NCBI RefSeq assembly: GCF_009914755.1
Contig: NC_060928.1
Direction: 5' to 3' (one strand)
Origin: the human T2T-CHM13v2.0 reference genome, Homo sapiens
Length of the DNA: 64,000 nucleotides
The notes beneath the pieces were generated by a model, which worked only from the letters and a program-made list of their open reading frames with translations, made no database searches and was not told the DNA's origin. Shown here piece by piece: positions 48,693 through 64,000 of this stretch. Positions within the stretch are counted from its first letter, which is position 1. Every line of letters starts with the position of its first letter. Made by a program: the position numbers and the translations under genes.

Positions 48693-49170
48693 TTATTATT
48701 CCCACAGGTTCTAGAGACAGGAGGCAGGGCATACCATACAGGGCTAGATGGGAAAGACACCAGGATGGTCAGGAGGCAGAAGACGGGTGAGAGGGGAGGC
48801 ATCAGGCCAGAGCCTTTATTGGGGTTTCTGAGGGAAACACAAGGCAGTGCAGGGTGAGCAGCTTAAGATGTGCTGGTTTGAATAATTTTGGAGGGCTCTA
48901 AACATTAGCAGTGGTCCTTACTTCCCAGCTACCTGGCCCTAGGATAATGAGGAGGAGGACTATTGCCTCCGGGGTGTGTGGGCTAATCAGAGGAGCTCTA
49001 GGTCTGGATTGGTTAGTTTGCATATCAAAGGCATGCTCTGAGCACCCTTTGCTCTCTAAGAACTGACAAGCCCTGGGAAAGACAATCTCTTACTAGCCTA
49101 GAAAGGTTTTTTAAAAGATGTTAAATATCATAATATACAGAAAAAATGTTTAAATGTACAATATACCAAG
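48693..49170 (-). mobile_element. Old ERVL-type LTR (subfamily uncertain)
   Basis: TG-starting tgttatggtgagtcagg...aagtttatt (reverse poly(A) signal) and gattggttagtttgcat motifs. Confidence 0.4.
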
Positions 49171-49525
49171 TCTTTCTTGAGTTCAACTTTGCCAGCACTT
49201 CCCTCCCTGCCTCCCACTTCTCAAATGTACACAGAAAGTTGCGGCAACAAACAACAGTAAGTAGAGAGTCACCTTTACCATGTAGCAAAAACTGCCCTCT
49301 GCCTATGAATGCTTCTCTGGGAAGCTCCTTGAAAGTATGAACATTTTCCCACGTAAAGTTTTCTATTTCAGCTCCTTCCCAATGTGATCTTAAATGCTTT
49401 GCCTTCCCTCCCCACTGCGGCGGACTTTGTTGTCTGTTAGTAATAGTTTACTTTGCAATTTTGCCATTCACTGAATATTTTAGGTTTGAAAAGACATCTT
49501 ATGTTCTAGGTTTGTCTATGCATGA

Positions 49526-49838
<313 letters not shown>

Positions 49839-50487
49839 TGACACTATATTCTAACCCTCCTAGGAATATTTGGTTTTGTCTAATAAGAGTTGTAATAATA
49901 AAATTAATAGTGTCTTATATTTTTTTAGTATTTATTATGTTTCAGACATAGTCCTAATCCTTTAAGCACATTCTCTCATTCCTCCTCACTATAAATTAGA
50001 TATGATAGACTATTTCCATTACACAGGGAAGGAAAATGGAAGTACAGAGAGGTTACATAACTCTTCTGACATCATGGTTTGCTCAGAATTCATACCAAAT
50101 GCTTGGCTTGTTCTGTTTTGTTTTTGTTTGGGAGGAAAGAACATGCTTATGATGTTAATCATTGTGTAGTAGGGCCTTCAAACAAATCTCTTATTGATAA
50201 AATTTGAATTCTATGAAGTCTTCCCTTTAAGGATTTTGGTTTTAAAAAGGTAAATTATTTTTAACTTTCTTTTTAAAATATATAAGAGATTAGATGAACT
50301 TCCAAACCTAAAATTGCAAGTATAATAGTATGAATAATGAGTAGTATTTTTATAGCAGTTTCCATTTTGAGTGCTTTATACATTTTACCTCATTTAATCC
50401 TCATGACAACCCAGGAGAAAGGGACTGTTTTTGTTCCCTTTAAAGATGGAGACATTGATGCACTGCATCAATTTCATCCAAGTCATG

Positions 50488-50925
50488 GATGTCTGTTTTG
50501 CCTTGTTATAAAGGAATAGTTGTGGCTGGGTAATTTATGAAGAAAAGAGGTTTATTTGGCTCATGGTTCTGCAGACTTTCCAAAAAGCAGGGTACCAGCA
50601 TCTGCTCAGCTTCTGATGAGGGCTCAGGCTGCTTCCACTCATGGCAGAAGGCAGAGGGGAGCCAGTGTGTGCAAAGATTACATAGCGAGAGAGGAAGCAA
50701 GAGAGAGGAGGGGAGGTACCAGGCTCTTTTTAAGCTAGCTCTCTTTTGAGCCAATAGAGTGAAAGAGAAGTCGTTCACCCTCAAGGGACAGCATTAATCT
50801 ATTCATGAGTGACCCACATTCATGATCCAAACTAGGACCCACCTCCCAATACTCCTAATACTACCACATTGGGGATTACATTTCAGCATGGGGTTGGGTG
50901 GGAACAAACAGCCAAACTATAGCAG
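50488..50925 (-). mobile_element. MaLR LTR (MSTB-like)
   Basis: ggctgggtaatttatgaagaaaagaggtttatttggctcatggttctgcag...ccaaactatagca. Confidence 0.8.
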
Positions 50926-52885
50926 TAGACATGACAATCATTTCAAGTTCTCAAGTGAGTGAGAAATGTAAATCTTCATTTTTCTATGGCCAAAGGTAAT
51001 TTCTGCTACAAGGGTCCATTCTTCCAAGTGGTAGAAGTCTAAACCAAGGCAGTTAAAGGTCTGATTCATTTCCCTTCACCTGGCATTGCAGTTGAGCTCA
51101 GCAGTCTCTGTGGTGCCAGGACATTGTGTGGGGGTTCTGGTTGCCTGTTGTCAGCTGATGATGGCAGCATCCCCTCAGATGTGCATAAATCCATCTGGTC
51201 CTCTGCCGTAAGTCACCACTCTGTCATCTCCTGCCTGTCTTAGGCTCTTTCACATCCAGTGCCTCTCCTGCCTACATCTGCAGCACTCTGGGGCTCACAG
51301 GAAACATTTAGTACACCTGAGCCAGGCTGAGCCCAGGAGAATTTTCATGCTCATATTTAGGTCCATCTGCCTAGGCCCTTATGGCCATTTCTCCTCTACT
51401 ATTCCTGTGTCAAGCCAGAGTGTGCAATAATTCTGTGGGTCCTGCCATACATATGGCCTCTACTTAGCAAAGGACACCAGGCTACCCCTGTACCCAGAGC
51501 CCAGAAACCAATATGGGAAATGTGTGGTTTCCCCTAGATTCAGCCCAAGGAGGAGGGAAGGAAGAAAGACCCCTCCACTCTCTCTGGTGCAAGTCTCTTG
51601 TTAAGTCTGGGAAAAGCAAAGCTCAGCTCTTCTCTTTTTTGGTCTTCCATATCTATTGTCAGTAATCAAATTTAAGCATTTAAAAATCAAATACCAAGAA
51701 ATTTGACTACCTTATTATCTGTAAACTTCTGTCTCATCCCTTTCAGGCAATGAAAGTGGTTAATTCTAGCTGCCTAGGATAGGAAAAGGAGCAGAAAGTG
51801 CAAGGAATTTAAGAGAAGGAAAACTTTGTTAATGCCCCAAAGTATTTTTCCTGTCACTGGCTTGGCACTTACTAATCCATGAGAATTAGATAAGCAGTAC
51901 TTATTTATGGGTGTGATGGTGATGATACATATTTTCAAATCAGATTACAAGAATGTTTGAAGTATGTCAAGCAGTTTTAAAATTTTCAATTGGTCCTGTG
52001 TTTAAAATTCTGGAACATTAATTATTCCATTATTTCCCAAGTACAACTTACTATACAGCTATCAGAATGATGGCAATGCCAGGTGGTTTGATGGAGACAT
52101 TAGCGGTTCTCATTTTAGAATATTCCACTAAAGTTGGTGGTTTGTCTTGTTTTCAAGTTAAAAACACAGAAGGATACACATCACATGCCTGTATCAAAAT
52201 ATCTTATATGCCCCATAAACATATAGACTGACCATGTACCCATAAAAATTAAAAATGTAAATAAAACACAGGAGGAAAAGTGATGTGTCATAAATATGTG
52301 TATTAATGCACAATCATGCATTGTATTTTCAAAATTTTCTGGTTTTCTATTTATTATTCTCAAAATAACATTGCAAATACCTAAGTAGCTGAACCCTAGG
52401 CTTTTCTGAAAATACAGACCTAGCTTTAACCTCAAATTTGTTTATTTGTGTTTTATGATACTTAAACTATGTATGGCTTACCACCACAAAGATTTTCCTC
52501 TCAGAACACTTCCTTCTATATGGCACAGAAAAGGTAATTTGTTAGTGGCCTCAATTTCCTTTAAAGGATGCCCAGGATAATGTCACATCCTTTGATTTCC
52601 ATAAACAGTTGCCTCCAAAAGGTATTAAGACCCCAGAAAGAGGTATATGTATTCTGTCCCTCAAACTGCTGTTGTCATTAAATTCAAAGAAACTCCACAC
52701 AGTTTGATGAATTGCTCTGCCTGGCCAGCCTGCATTCCAGCGTTTACTCTGGTGGCCTAGGGCACCTCTGCTCTTGTGGGTAATAACCTCATTTTACTTT
52801 ATGAGCAAAAGATGTTCCACTGTGTTCGAAGAATGAGTACTGAAAGTTGACTAAATACGTGAGAATCAGAAATGCTCCACTTTAG

Positions 52886-53217
<332 letters not shown>

Positions 53218-53649
53218 TTAACCACTTATTTATTAATCAATAAGCATGTACACTTATTAAACTATCACATTTAGCCTTTCATTTTCATAAATGATCATAC
53301 CATTTAACATGACATCATCACACACTCTGTTCTGGCCTCTGCTCTGACAGAGACATAAGTCCCTCAACCAAACATCAAGGGAGCCCAGGAGTGACCCTGC
53401 AAATCGACAGGAATGTTTCTGAGGACTACCTGCATCTGAGCCACCTGGGGGGCTGTGAAAGATGCTGAGTCCTAACCCCCCACCCCAGAAATGCTAATCT
53501 AATAAGTAGGAGTAAAGCCCAGGAATCTGCATTTTTTTAACAAATACCACAGATGACTATCAAACCAGTTTAAGTTTTGAAATAATTCATATGCCAATGG
53601 AGACAATTTTATTATCCAATTCATAACACCTAGAAAATGATTAGTCTAA

Positions 53650-53840
53650 ATCAGAAGTTTTTAACGTTGGCAGACATCTAATCACTTGGAAGGCTCGTTA
53701 AAACATAGATTGCTGGGCTCTCAGGTTGCAGAGTTTCTAATTCGGTGCATCTGAAGTAAGGCCCAAGAATTTGCTTTTCTTTCAAGTTCCCAGGTGATGC
53801 TGCTGCTGGTCCCAGATATACACTTTTGAAAACCACTGAT
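53650..53840. mobile_element. MER5A-like hAT MITE (other degenerate MER5-like pieces at ~53410-53580 and ~54760-54900)
   Basis: gttaaaacatagattgctgggc...ggcccaagaatttgc...caagttcccaggtgatgctgctgctggtcc...cacttttgaaaaccactg. Confidence 0.7.
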
Positions 53841-56800
53841 CTAGACGATCTAGACAGTCTTCTTGTGCAAATGCAAAAGCAAACATTTTCAAAATGTACT
53901 AATAGGTGTCATATGGAAAGAGTTAAACAAAATTAAAGCTATTTCTTTATTGCCTGAGTTCTCATTTCATCATACCAGCATGCATTATTAATTCCAAGTG
54001 GGGATAGAGGATGCAGCATTTCCCAAACATATGTTACCATAGAACTCTCTTCTCAAGGATATTCCTGAGAAACTATTTCAGAAAAGCCTGATAAAGCACT
54101 GTGACAAGTTAATGCATCCAAGAAACTTGGAAGTTTCCTGTCCCCAATCAAATCTCATCCTTTGTCCTCATCCCCCAGTGCCAGTGCCAGGGGAATCTAA
54201 CAACATGGGGGGAGAGAGATGCCTTCTCCAGAATTCAAATTGGTATGCCTCACCCACTTTTCCATAAAACTAAATTATAACTAATACTTGGTACAAATGA
54301 AATAATGTTCATGCATTTTATGTACTTTAAACACTTTATGAGGACTAGTAAGAGCTAGATTTCAATGATATTAAAAGTACCTTATGACATTTTGAGCTGG
54401 ATGATAAAAGAAAAAAAAAGATAAAAGTACCTTAGTAGTCACTGAGGTATACAAAAATACATAGGTAAAAAAGATTTTCTACTATACTCTCATAAGGAGA
54501 TAAAATATATACATCAATAAGCATAGCATGAAGCAGATTACAGTAAGTATAATAAGACCGTTATAAGCAAAATGTCCTTAAGTTGGGGACCACCCACATT
54601 AATCTTATTTGAGTGTCTTAAACTACTTGATGGTCGACATCTAGCAACTTTGCTTAAAAGCAATACACTCCGAGTCACAGGATTTTTCTGTGACTAAATT
54701 CTAGCTGTCCTCCAATGCAATGTGAGAAGGACCCTAGTTGACTATGGCAAATCCCATAATGCAGTTCTTCCAAAACTTGCTTTAAGACTAACCTAGGCCA
54801 CTTATGAAAAATATAGATTTCCCAGACTCCATGCTGACCAAATAAATGAGAGTCTCCAGTGGAGAAGCCTGTAAATTTGTGTTTTGGATAAATGCCCCAG
54901 CTCTCAGTTTTTATTTTAGCATAAGAGAGACTGAGCTTTCTCTGAAGTGTCTTTAAGGACAGAAATCCAATCATTCATTCATTCAATCAACAAATATTTA
55001 GTAAGCTCATGCAGCATGCAAGATCAGATTTTTCTTAATCTATGTTTTTAGACTTTATTTATAGCATGACTATATCATTTTTAGCTGAAAAGCTCTTTTT
55101 TAGTAAAAATATTTGTTTTATTGGTGCCATTTTTACAACACTACCCATATATACTGGAAACCATATCCCCTAACCCAATATTCTCTTCTGTGCGGTGCTT
55201 GTTCCACTACCCTAGACTGCCTCGAGATAAATCAGAGAATAAATTTCATCAGGATCATTACTGAAGTATGAAAAACCATTTTGATCACTGCCCTATACAT
55301 CCTTAAAATATGAAGGACACAGGATTTAAAATATAGAAACACATATACCAAAAGCTGTTTTCTTTAAAATGCTAACTCTCCAACTTTGCAATTTTGGCAA
55401 CATTTCCCATGTTCTATATTTCTGCTTTCTGCCTTCTGGTGGGAGGAAGTAATGGGTAGAAAGAGGAAAATACTTTGGAAAGGCAGAAAGAAAAGTAAAA
55501 GCTTATTACTAAAAGGCTTGTTTGTTTGATGATGTTGCTATTTAATGAACACAATGGTGAGGACAAAGGATTAGGAAATTGCACATAGCCCATGGTTTTA
55601 AGCATGGCATTATCTATTAATGGTAAAAAAAAAAAAGAAAATCAGCAAATTGAAATTGTCTATTTGTAAAAGCTCAGTTAAATACAGGATCTGCTAAAGA
55701 AGCCGAGTGAAAGAAAATCAGCATCTATGGCAGTCACCCAGCCACCTCTCATGAATTTCCTAGCAGCAGTGAAACATTACCCACAAAACAGCCCTGTGTT
55801 CTGGGATGCTGTCACTTCACCTAATTTCCATCACTGATCCTGAGGTAGGTGGATGTGGCAGTAACAGGAACATGAACGTGGTGCACAGAGTGAAGCGAGG
55901 CCCTGGTAGGCTGCAAGGTCGAAGCCTTCAAACCTTCACAAGCCCATTTCTCACTCACCTTCTGCAGATATGCATGAAGACTGTTTATATGAATACTCAA
56001 AGCCTCAACATACTCTGGCCTACCTACTTACATGCTTTATTTGTAACATCGATAAACATATAACCACTCATAACACTACTATGTTTTTGGTAAATTGTTT
56101 TTAGTAATACCTTGATTTGCAATACTTTCATTGATTTCATAAAGAAAAATAATGTGAATTTAAATTCCAGTTAATAACAACTTCTGGTTGTTATTTAAAT
56201 AAACTTTTTTATAATTCACACAATACTGATGTAAGAGCCTCAATAACAGAAGTGAAACAGACAACAGAAAAATAAGCAGCAAATAGTAATAGCTAAATAC
56301 TTAAAGCTGATGTCCCACAAAAGGTGAAATTCTATAGATAGAATGTAAACATTACATAAATTCTTTGGCCTAGAAAAGAAATACAATAATAATTTATGAT
56401 TTTAATTGTTTAGTTATTTTTAATAAATCTGTTTCTTAGTCAGGTCACCTAACCTTCTTCAGTATCAATTTTTCTATCTGCAGTATCCATTCTTCTATCT
56501 GGGTTTCTGCTTATATATATCTGTAAGTGGAGATGATGATAATGACCAAATGTAGTTATGAGGATAAAATGGAGCACCTAGCACAACATGATGGGTACTT
56601 GCTAAATATGACTTCTTTCAGGGCTAAATGCTAGCATTCAGCCTCTCTTAAAAGGGGTGAATGAAAGTCTCTCAAAGAATTCTCCTTATCTAAAGATATG
56701 AAACAAGTTTACAAAAGTAAACTTGCCAAAAGGTCAAAAAACTCTGCAAAACTAGGAAAGGAAGACAGTCCAATGCCATAAATTTCCAAAATCTCAAAAC

Positions 56801-57681
56801 CTGACAGCCAAGGAAATATATGGTGATTCCGGAGCCCAGTAGAACAGAACATTTTGTAAGGCTCCTGATCCCATCCCCAGAACCCACGTGACTCTTTTTT
56901 TTAGGCAACCACAAAATTAAACTACACTAAATTTATGGGTTCAGAAAAAATGCACTGCTTTTTCACCCTCATGAGATTCCACTTGAGCTCCCCAAATTAA
57001 CTAAATGTCTAATCATTGTTCCGCCGTACTTTAATCCAATGATTCAGTCAGCCTCCCCACATCTGTCATTGTTAAATGGAAAAAACCGGAAACTACTCTA
57101 GGTATATTAGACAGAAATTAGGTAAGCAGAATCTTCTCAGAAGGGCTGGAAGAGTGGGTGTAAACAAAGTTGACATCCATGCTGTTGGATCCATCATGGC
57201 TGCGACTGACAACGGAGACAGCTGCTGCTCCCGCCCCCAACACAGCTGCCTCTCTTGACACCCACAAGGCTGGTAGTACCTGAAATCCCCTTCCACAATT
57301 GCTCCTATGTTTCTGTTTTAGACAGAGCAGCAAACAAATGACCTTATACCTCTCTTCTAACCAAGATACATGTGAGTGGATCCCAAATCCTGGCTCTACA
57401 GGAGGTGTGAAATGTTGTCTGAAGTTTTTCAGTCTCTGCTGCACAGGAAAACACCAATGAAGTTGGGTCAATCTACAGCATATTCCATGACAGGTTCCTT
57501 GCAGTTGTACAATACAATGGCTGTTCCTCATGATCTGTTCCATTGGTGACTCAACATTTGTATGCATTTGCTCCTCAATTGCTTTTCGCCTAGGCCAGCA
57601 TTGGGTTCAGATTTCAGTCAACAATCTAGCAAAACTACTGCTTGAGCTAACACATGGAATCCAGAAACTCCAGGAGGTCAC

Positions 57682-58038
57682 TGTATTAGTCCGCTCTCAC
57701 GCTGCTATGAAGAAATACACGAGACTGAGTGATTTATAAGGAAAAGAGGTTTAATTGACTCACAATTCCACATGGCTTGGGAGGACTCAGGAAACTTACA
57801 ATCGTGACCAAAGGCACCTCTTCACAGAGCAGCAGGAGAGAGAATGAGTGCCAAACAAAGGGAGAAGCCCCTTATAAAACCATCAGATCTCATGAAAACT
57901 CACTCACTAGCAGGAGAACAGCATGGGGGAACACGCCCCCATGATTCAATTATCTCCACCTGGTCCCACCCTTAACAAGTGGGTATTATTACAATTCAAG
58001 GTGAGATTTGAGTGGGAGGACACAGCCAAACCATATCA
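57682..58038 (-). mobile_element. THE1 (THE1D-like) MaLR solo LTR
   Basis: tgtattagtccgctctcacgctgctatgaagaaata...acagccaaaccatatca. Confidence 0.85.
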
Positions 58039-58504
58039 GATACCCATATCGATTAGCTTTGCCTAACCTAAAGCTATATTTCTACTTCCTGGTCTAATGC
58101 TTGCAGAAACCATTCTCATGCAAATTCCTTGGGTTTCTGCTTTTATAAAATAGCAAAATCTTTTGGTATGTCAGTCTTCTCTAAGTCCAATTTGTGTTCT
58201 GCAGCATGCTGGGCTCTGGCTCCAGTTATAATAGGTTGAGAAGCAAAGAAGCCTGGTAATGAAAGGGCCTGAGGAGAGTTGGCAACTTATTTACCTCAAG
58301 TAAAGTAACTCATGTGTCTTCAAACAAACTACAACTAACCTCATCAGACAGGAAAGGGGAGCTGCTTTTGCTTGCAAGGGAGGTTTTGTGGGAAGGGGAT
58401 TTAGAGTGGTCATATTTGACTGAACACACACAAATGTCCCAGTGCAATTCACAAGGTCTGTCTTGCCAATCAGTGTTCTAATGTTCACTTAAAAGATATG
58501 ACAG

Positions 58505-58793
<289 letters not shown>

Positions 58794-58932
58794 TTTTTTT
58801 AATGATATGACAAAATATGAATTCAACTTATACTGTAACTTAACAACCCATAGGATCAGATTCTATATAATGTAGGGATACATCAGTCCTAAGCTAAGGC
58901 CACAAGAAATAAAAGATTATCTGAGGGTAGTT

Positions 58933-59192
58933 CTATCACCCAGGCTGGAGTGCAGTGTGCAATCTCGGCTCACTGCAACCTCTGCCCCACAAGTTCAAGC
59001 GATTCTCACGCCTCAGCCTCCCGAGTAGCTGGGACTACAGGCATGTATCACCATGGCTGGGTAATTTTTGTATTTCTAATGGGGGTTTCTCCACCTTGGC
59101 CAGACTGGTCTCAAAATCCTGACCTCAAGTGATCTGCCTGCTTCGGCCTCCCAAAGTGTGGGGATTCCAAGCATGAGCCACCGTGCCCAGCT
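58933..59192 (-). mobile_element. AluS lacking its tail end
   Basis: tcacccaggctggagtgcagt...gagccaccgtgcccagc. Confidence 0.88.
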
Positions 59193-60207
59193 GTTTCCTT
59201 TCTTTAATCTCTCCAGAGCTATTTCTTTAGCAATCCCACTTCACAACCCTTGAAATTTCTCATTCTCATTCTAATGATTTATCGTAGCAAGAACTTTGCC
59301 AGAGTCTAGCCTTCTAACAGACACATCATTCCAGGAAGCCATAGCAATAATTTAAGTGACTTCTTTTTGTCACTGTGTACCATTAATTATGAGAGTCCCA
59401 AGTTCTAATAATAACATGATTGCCGTTATCTGTAAGAAGAATCGGAATAGATAACCCATCCGATGTTTCCATCCTTGAGATGTCTGAGAGTCTGTTATCT
59501 GTAACCCCTTCTGGAAGGAGGAAACAGAAACCACTCTAGATATTTTTGGGAAAGAGAAGCTTAAGAAAAAAATATATTTTATACAGGAAAAATGTGTTTG
59601 TAGAATCATTTTAAAGGCTGCGGAAGGAGTCAGAGGTAGGGAATACACCACTGTATAGTTGCAAGCCCAAGATCAAGAAGCATTTGCTTCTGTCACAACT
59701 GCTACTGCTAATCATCTCTACATCCATGAAACTGGGACCCTGAGGCTGGCTGCAGTAACTGCCCTAACTGCCACTAGATATCCATGAGGCTGGTGTGTAT
59801 AAACCTCAGGTCTCACAAGAGTGCGTCCAATTGGTAGAAGCTTATCTATAACAAGAATCCTGGCTACTTAGGGTCTGGAAAACATATATTTAAGTTACCA
59901 ACTTCTGAAGAATACGAAAGCATTCTAAAGTGGGGGTAGAATAAAAGAGGAGCAAACATTCACAAAAGCCACCACAGTCTCAGGAAGTTTTAGTCTCTAT
60001 TTGGCTATATATGCCGACTCTTTCAAATTTCCTTCTCCTACTCCTGTTTCTCTGCCTAACATATCAACTGATGCATGTGTTAAGAGTTGGGCAGGCACCT
60101 TGAACTTGTTCCTGGGTGTTCAGGGGCTGGTATTTGCTGGTTTCTGGGGCACTGTCCCTTGTCCACGAAGTTACTGATGGCCTTCTAGAGTCCCATACAG
60201 AAGTCTG

Positions 60208-60487
60208 CAGTGGCTCACGCCTAATAATCCCAGCACTTTTCGAGGCCAAAGCAGGTAGATCACCTCACCCGAGAAGTTCAAGACCAGCCTGGGCAACATA
60301 GCAAAACCCCATCTCTACAAAAAAAAAAAAAAAAAATTAGTCGTGGTGGTGCACCCCTATAATCCCAGCTACTCAGGAGCCTGAGGGAGGAGGATCACTT
60401 GAGCCCAAGAGGGAGAGGTTGCAGTGAGCTGAGATTGCACCACTGCATTCCAGCCTCAGTGACAGAGCAAGACGCTGTCTCAAAAAA
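60208..60487 (+). mobile_element. AluJ
   Basis: cagtggctcacgcc...gacagagcaagacgctgtctcaaaa. Confidence 0.85.
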
Positions 60488-61014
60488 CTTTTTTAATTTT
60501 AAAAATTTTAAAAGAAATCAATGCTAGACTTAATACTAACTTACAGAAATAGGACAAACTTTTATAACTTCACTCTCTGTTCATATGTTTGGGCATCCTT
60601 AGGGAGTCCTGGTAGCATTCAGGAAAAAATTTAGAAGGTCTAGAGAAGATCACATACCAACCCCTACCAAGAGAATGAAGGCTTGTACCATGTGCAGAGA
60701 TCCCCAGAGAAACTGCTTCTTCATCCCTGTTCACTAGTCCACTCTATCACTTGCTTGACTGCACTGTCTCTTATGTTTCAAAGTAACTAAAAGATCATTA
60801 GGAATTTTGTGAGAAAAGCTTCTTCCTTTTATCCCACAAATAAAATCTTCTATTTTTTTAAAAGTGACATAGGGGTTTAAAATAGAAATAAGAAAATATA
60901 GAAATATATATATAAGCACTCAGAGAATAATCACTTTAGATACCATGGTGCCTTTCAAAAAAGAAAAAGAGAAAAGAAATTAGATCATGCCAGTCATGTT
61001 TTCTTTCTTTCTTA

Positions 61015-61324
<310 letters not shown>

Positions 61325-61541
61325 GTAACATAAAAAAAGTTAATAATCATGGCTGTCTAGCCATGTTTATACATCTCCAACATCAGTTTTAGAGATTGAA
61401 GAAGATGTAGGGAAACATAATTATTGTAAAATACTAAGAACAGTGTGCCATATTTGGATATGTCTAAAATACTGCTTCTTAAAACGTCAAAATATTACTT
61501 ACTTCAGGAACACCTATAGTGCTTGTTAAAAACAGAGAATA

Positions 61542-61867
<326 letters not shown>

Positions 61868-62133
61868 TCATAATTCACTCCCCCAAAATGTTTTTAATCG
61901 AAATAATTAAATTAAATTTAAAATGGTGACTAGGGAGCCCATCTCAGACTATAAAATGAGAATCTCCAGGTGGGGGTCCATAAATTCACGTTTATAGCAA
62001 GTTTCCAGATAATGTTTATCTCGCTACATTTGGAGAAACCACTGGACTGTTTTAAAGAGAGGACCTGTCTCCCCACAATATACCAGAATATCTCTGTTCC
62101 TTGAACTTTTTTGTTCTCTGATTTTTATTTTAG

Positions 62134-62232
62134 GAGACAACAATGGATGGTCTCTGCAATTTGACAAATATTTTGCCAGTTACTACAAAATGACTTCCCA
62201 ATATCCTTTTGAGGCAGAAACACCTGAATGTT
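62134..62232 (+). CDS. RXFP1: RXFP1 exon 3, LDLa-LRR linker; 99 nt, phase 1-1
   Basis: Translates (G)DNNGWSLQFDKYFASYYKMTSQYPFEAETPEC(L), with the GDxxGW linker motif formed across the exon 2-3 junction. Acceptor ttttag|GA; donor T|gtaagt. In frame with exon 2. Confidence 0.97.
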
Positions 62233-64000
62233 GTAAGTAATCAGAGCAGTTATTTTCTTTTCCATGAGTTCATAAGACACCATTTTTAAAAGTTTGATTC
62301 AACATTTTAAAAAAAGATTGCATCTCAATCTGGAAATCAGTTTTAATTAAAGAAACTTAAAAATTCGTAAGAGGTCAATTATAGTTTTCTAATTGCAAAT
62401 TCTATTAAATATACAACTTTAACTAGGAAAATTTATTTCAAAAAAGACTCAGGGATCTTAAGTGTAGAAGTAATAAATGGTGTCAGATATTGTTATGAAC
62501 AGAATCAATGTCAGTCAAGGATGTTATTTTATATGACTTCTCTTTTCACAATCACTATAAAGTGTGATGTAAAGAAAACAGAGAAAGTAGAGAGGGCAGA
62601 AAAGCTGTTTGGATTTTAATGTTTGCTAGAAAAAATTCTTCTGAGCTGCAAAACCCTTATTCATTATAACCCACTATGTTCAGTCATACACTGAAAACTT
62701 ACAAAAACACTGGAGGGGTATGGAAGGTATAAACCTGAGGATTAACTATAATATTTTAGATCAGAAAGATATATGAAAATAACTCCTCTTAAATAAATTT
62801 TGTCAGTTCTAATACATTATGCAAATGTAAATCTGTATCTTGGAGCTGTCATTTTGACCCTAGCTTTTCAAAACCTTGGTTTAAAAGCAAGGCATATTTG
62901 CTATTCCTCTGACATTCCAGACATGGTTCCATATCACAGCCTCTATACAGACTGTTCTTTGAGAAACTTTCTCCCATGTATCTGCTTAGTTGGTGACCCT
63001 CAGCTTATTCAGGGCCCTGTTCAAATCAAAGAAGACTGCAGTGATAACGCTGTATAAAACAGCCGCGTCCTCAGCCCTACCCTCATTACTCTATGAGCTT
63101 ACTCTGTGTTATTTTCTGGGGTGGCACTATCATAATTGCTGGTGGTAGTGGTGCTGGTTGTGGTGGTGTATGAATTATCTCATCAGATCCTAAGCACTAT
63201 GACAATGACTATGACAATAGGTACTTTGTTTGACTTTTTTTTTTTTGCTGATCTTCTAGTGCCTAAAATAAATAGTGCTTTGCACATAGTGAGCACTCAA
63301 TAAATTATTGTTGAAGTCTATATAGGAGGCTATAGATAGGATGTTTTGTTTTATTTTTCATCTTTGTATCTGCCCAGAAACATACATATTTAATGGGTTA
63401 ATTATGGTTACAGTAAAACCCAGTTGAATTTTTTTAAGCCCAGTTGAATAAGTATATTTTAAACATGTATTTTTTATAATAATTTTTCTTATAGCTAAAA
63501 CTTTTAGTTTTTTAGCTAACAATAAAAACATTCACAGAATTCTTTGCTGGGTTTTTAATTCATGGTTTATTTTTATCCTTTTTTGATTCTGAAGCATGCC
63601 AGATTAACAATATGTCTGAATAATTGAGGCTTTATTTATGTAAATGTTATATAATAATAACTACATTTTAATAACAAATGCTTAGGTGGTTATTTTATAA
63701 CATTATTTTTCTAAGGTTGCATTATCCTAAATTATGTCTTTAGTCGTAGATATAAGCACAATGTATTATGTAGGCAATGATTTAACTATTGTAGAGTTCA
63801 ATTATTTAAAAGAGTAAAATTTTACACTATGAGTTCTAGAAAATACATGTTTATACATAGAGCCACAGTTTACCTTTTGCTAGTCCTAGTAAATGCTAAT
63901 TATTCAATTCTCTTACTCATCATCACGTTTTCTATTCTCTCCGTTTTGTACAACTTATATCACTCCCACCTTCCCAAAACATTATCTGGGCAGCTTTGAA

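Noticed and set aside
57118-57567. 149-aa minus-strand ORF
   Set aside because: No recognisable domain or exon structure; it overlaps degenerate LTR-like sequence and is within chance expectation for 64 kb.
62233-64000. RXFP1 exon 4
   Set aside because: No sequence encoding the expected next residues (VGSVPVQCLC) was seen; it presumably lies beyond the window.

Overview
Human (AluYa5 present; otherwise primate) genomic DNA lying inside the RXFP1/LGR7 relaxin receptor gene on the + strand. The window starts in intron 1; the signal-peptide exon 1 is not included. It contains coding exon 2 (41433-41570, LDLa module) and exon 3 (62134-62232, linker), separated by a 20.6-kb intron 2. Nearly everything else is intronic and rich in transposable elements: a full-length antisense L1PA3-5-type LINE-1 with TSDs and broken ORF1/ORF2 (13173-19332), sense-oriented solo LTR12 (35497-37021) and LTR9-type (40071-41042) LTRs, a MER41 LTR, about 20 Alus including a consensus-like AluYa5, MaLR/ERVL LTRs, DNA-transposon MITEs (MADE1, MER20, MER30, Tigger4) and microsatellites. 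I see no prokaryotic-type system, CRISPR array or new standalone gene. The most interesting hypothesis is that three TE promoters (L1 antisense promoter with an extended ORF0, LTR12, LTR9) all point toward exon 2 downstream of the signal-peptide exon. Exon 2 is also open in two frames, is preceded by an in-frame intronic ATG and is bracketed by inverted Alus. Together these could give alternative RXFP1 5' ends or products. This is inference from sequence only. Repeat subfamily names come from recalled consensus sequences and need a Dfam/RepeatMasker check.
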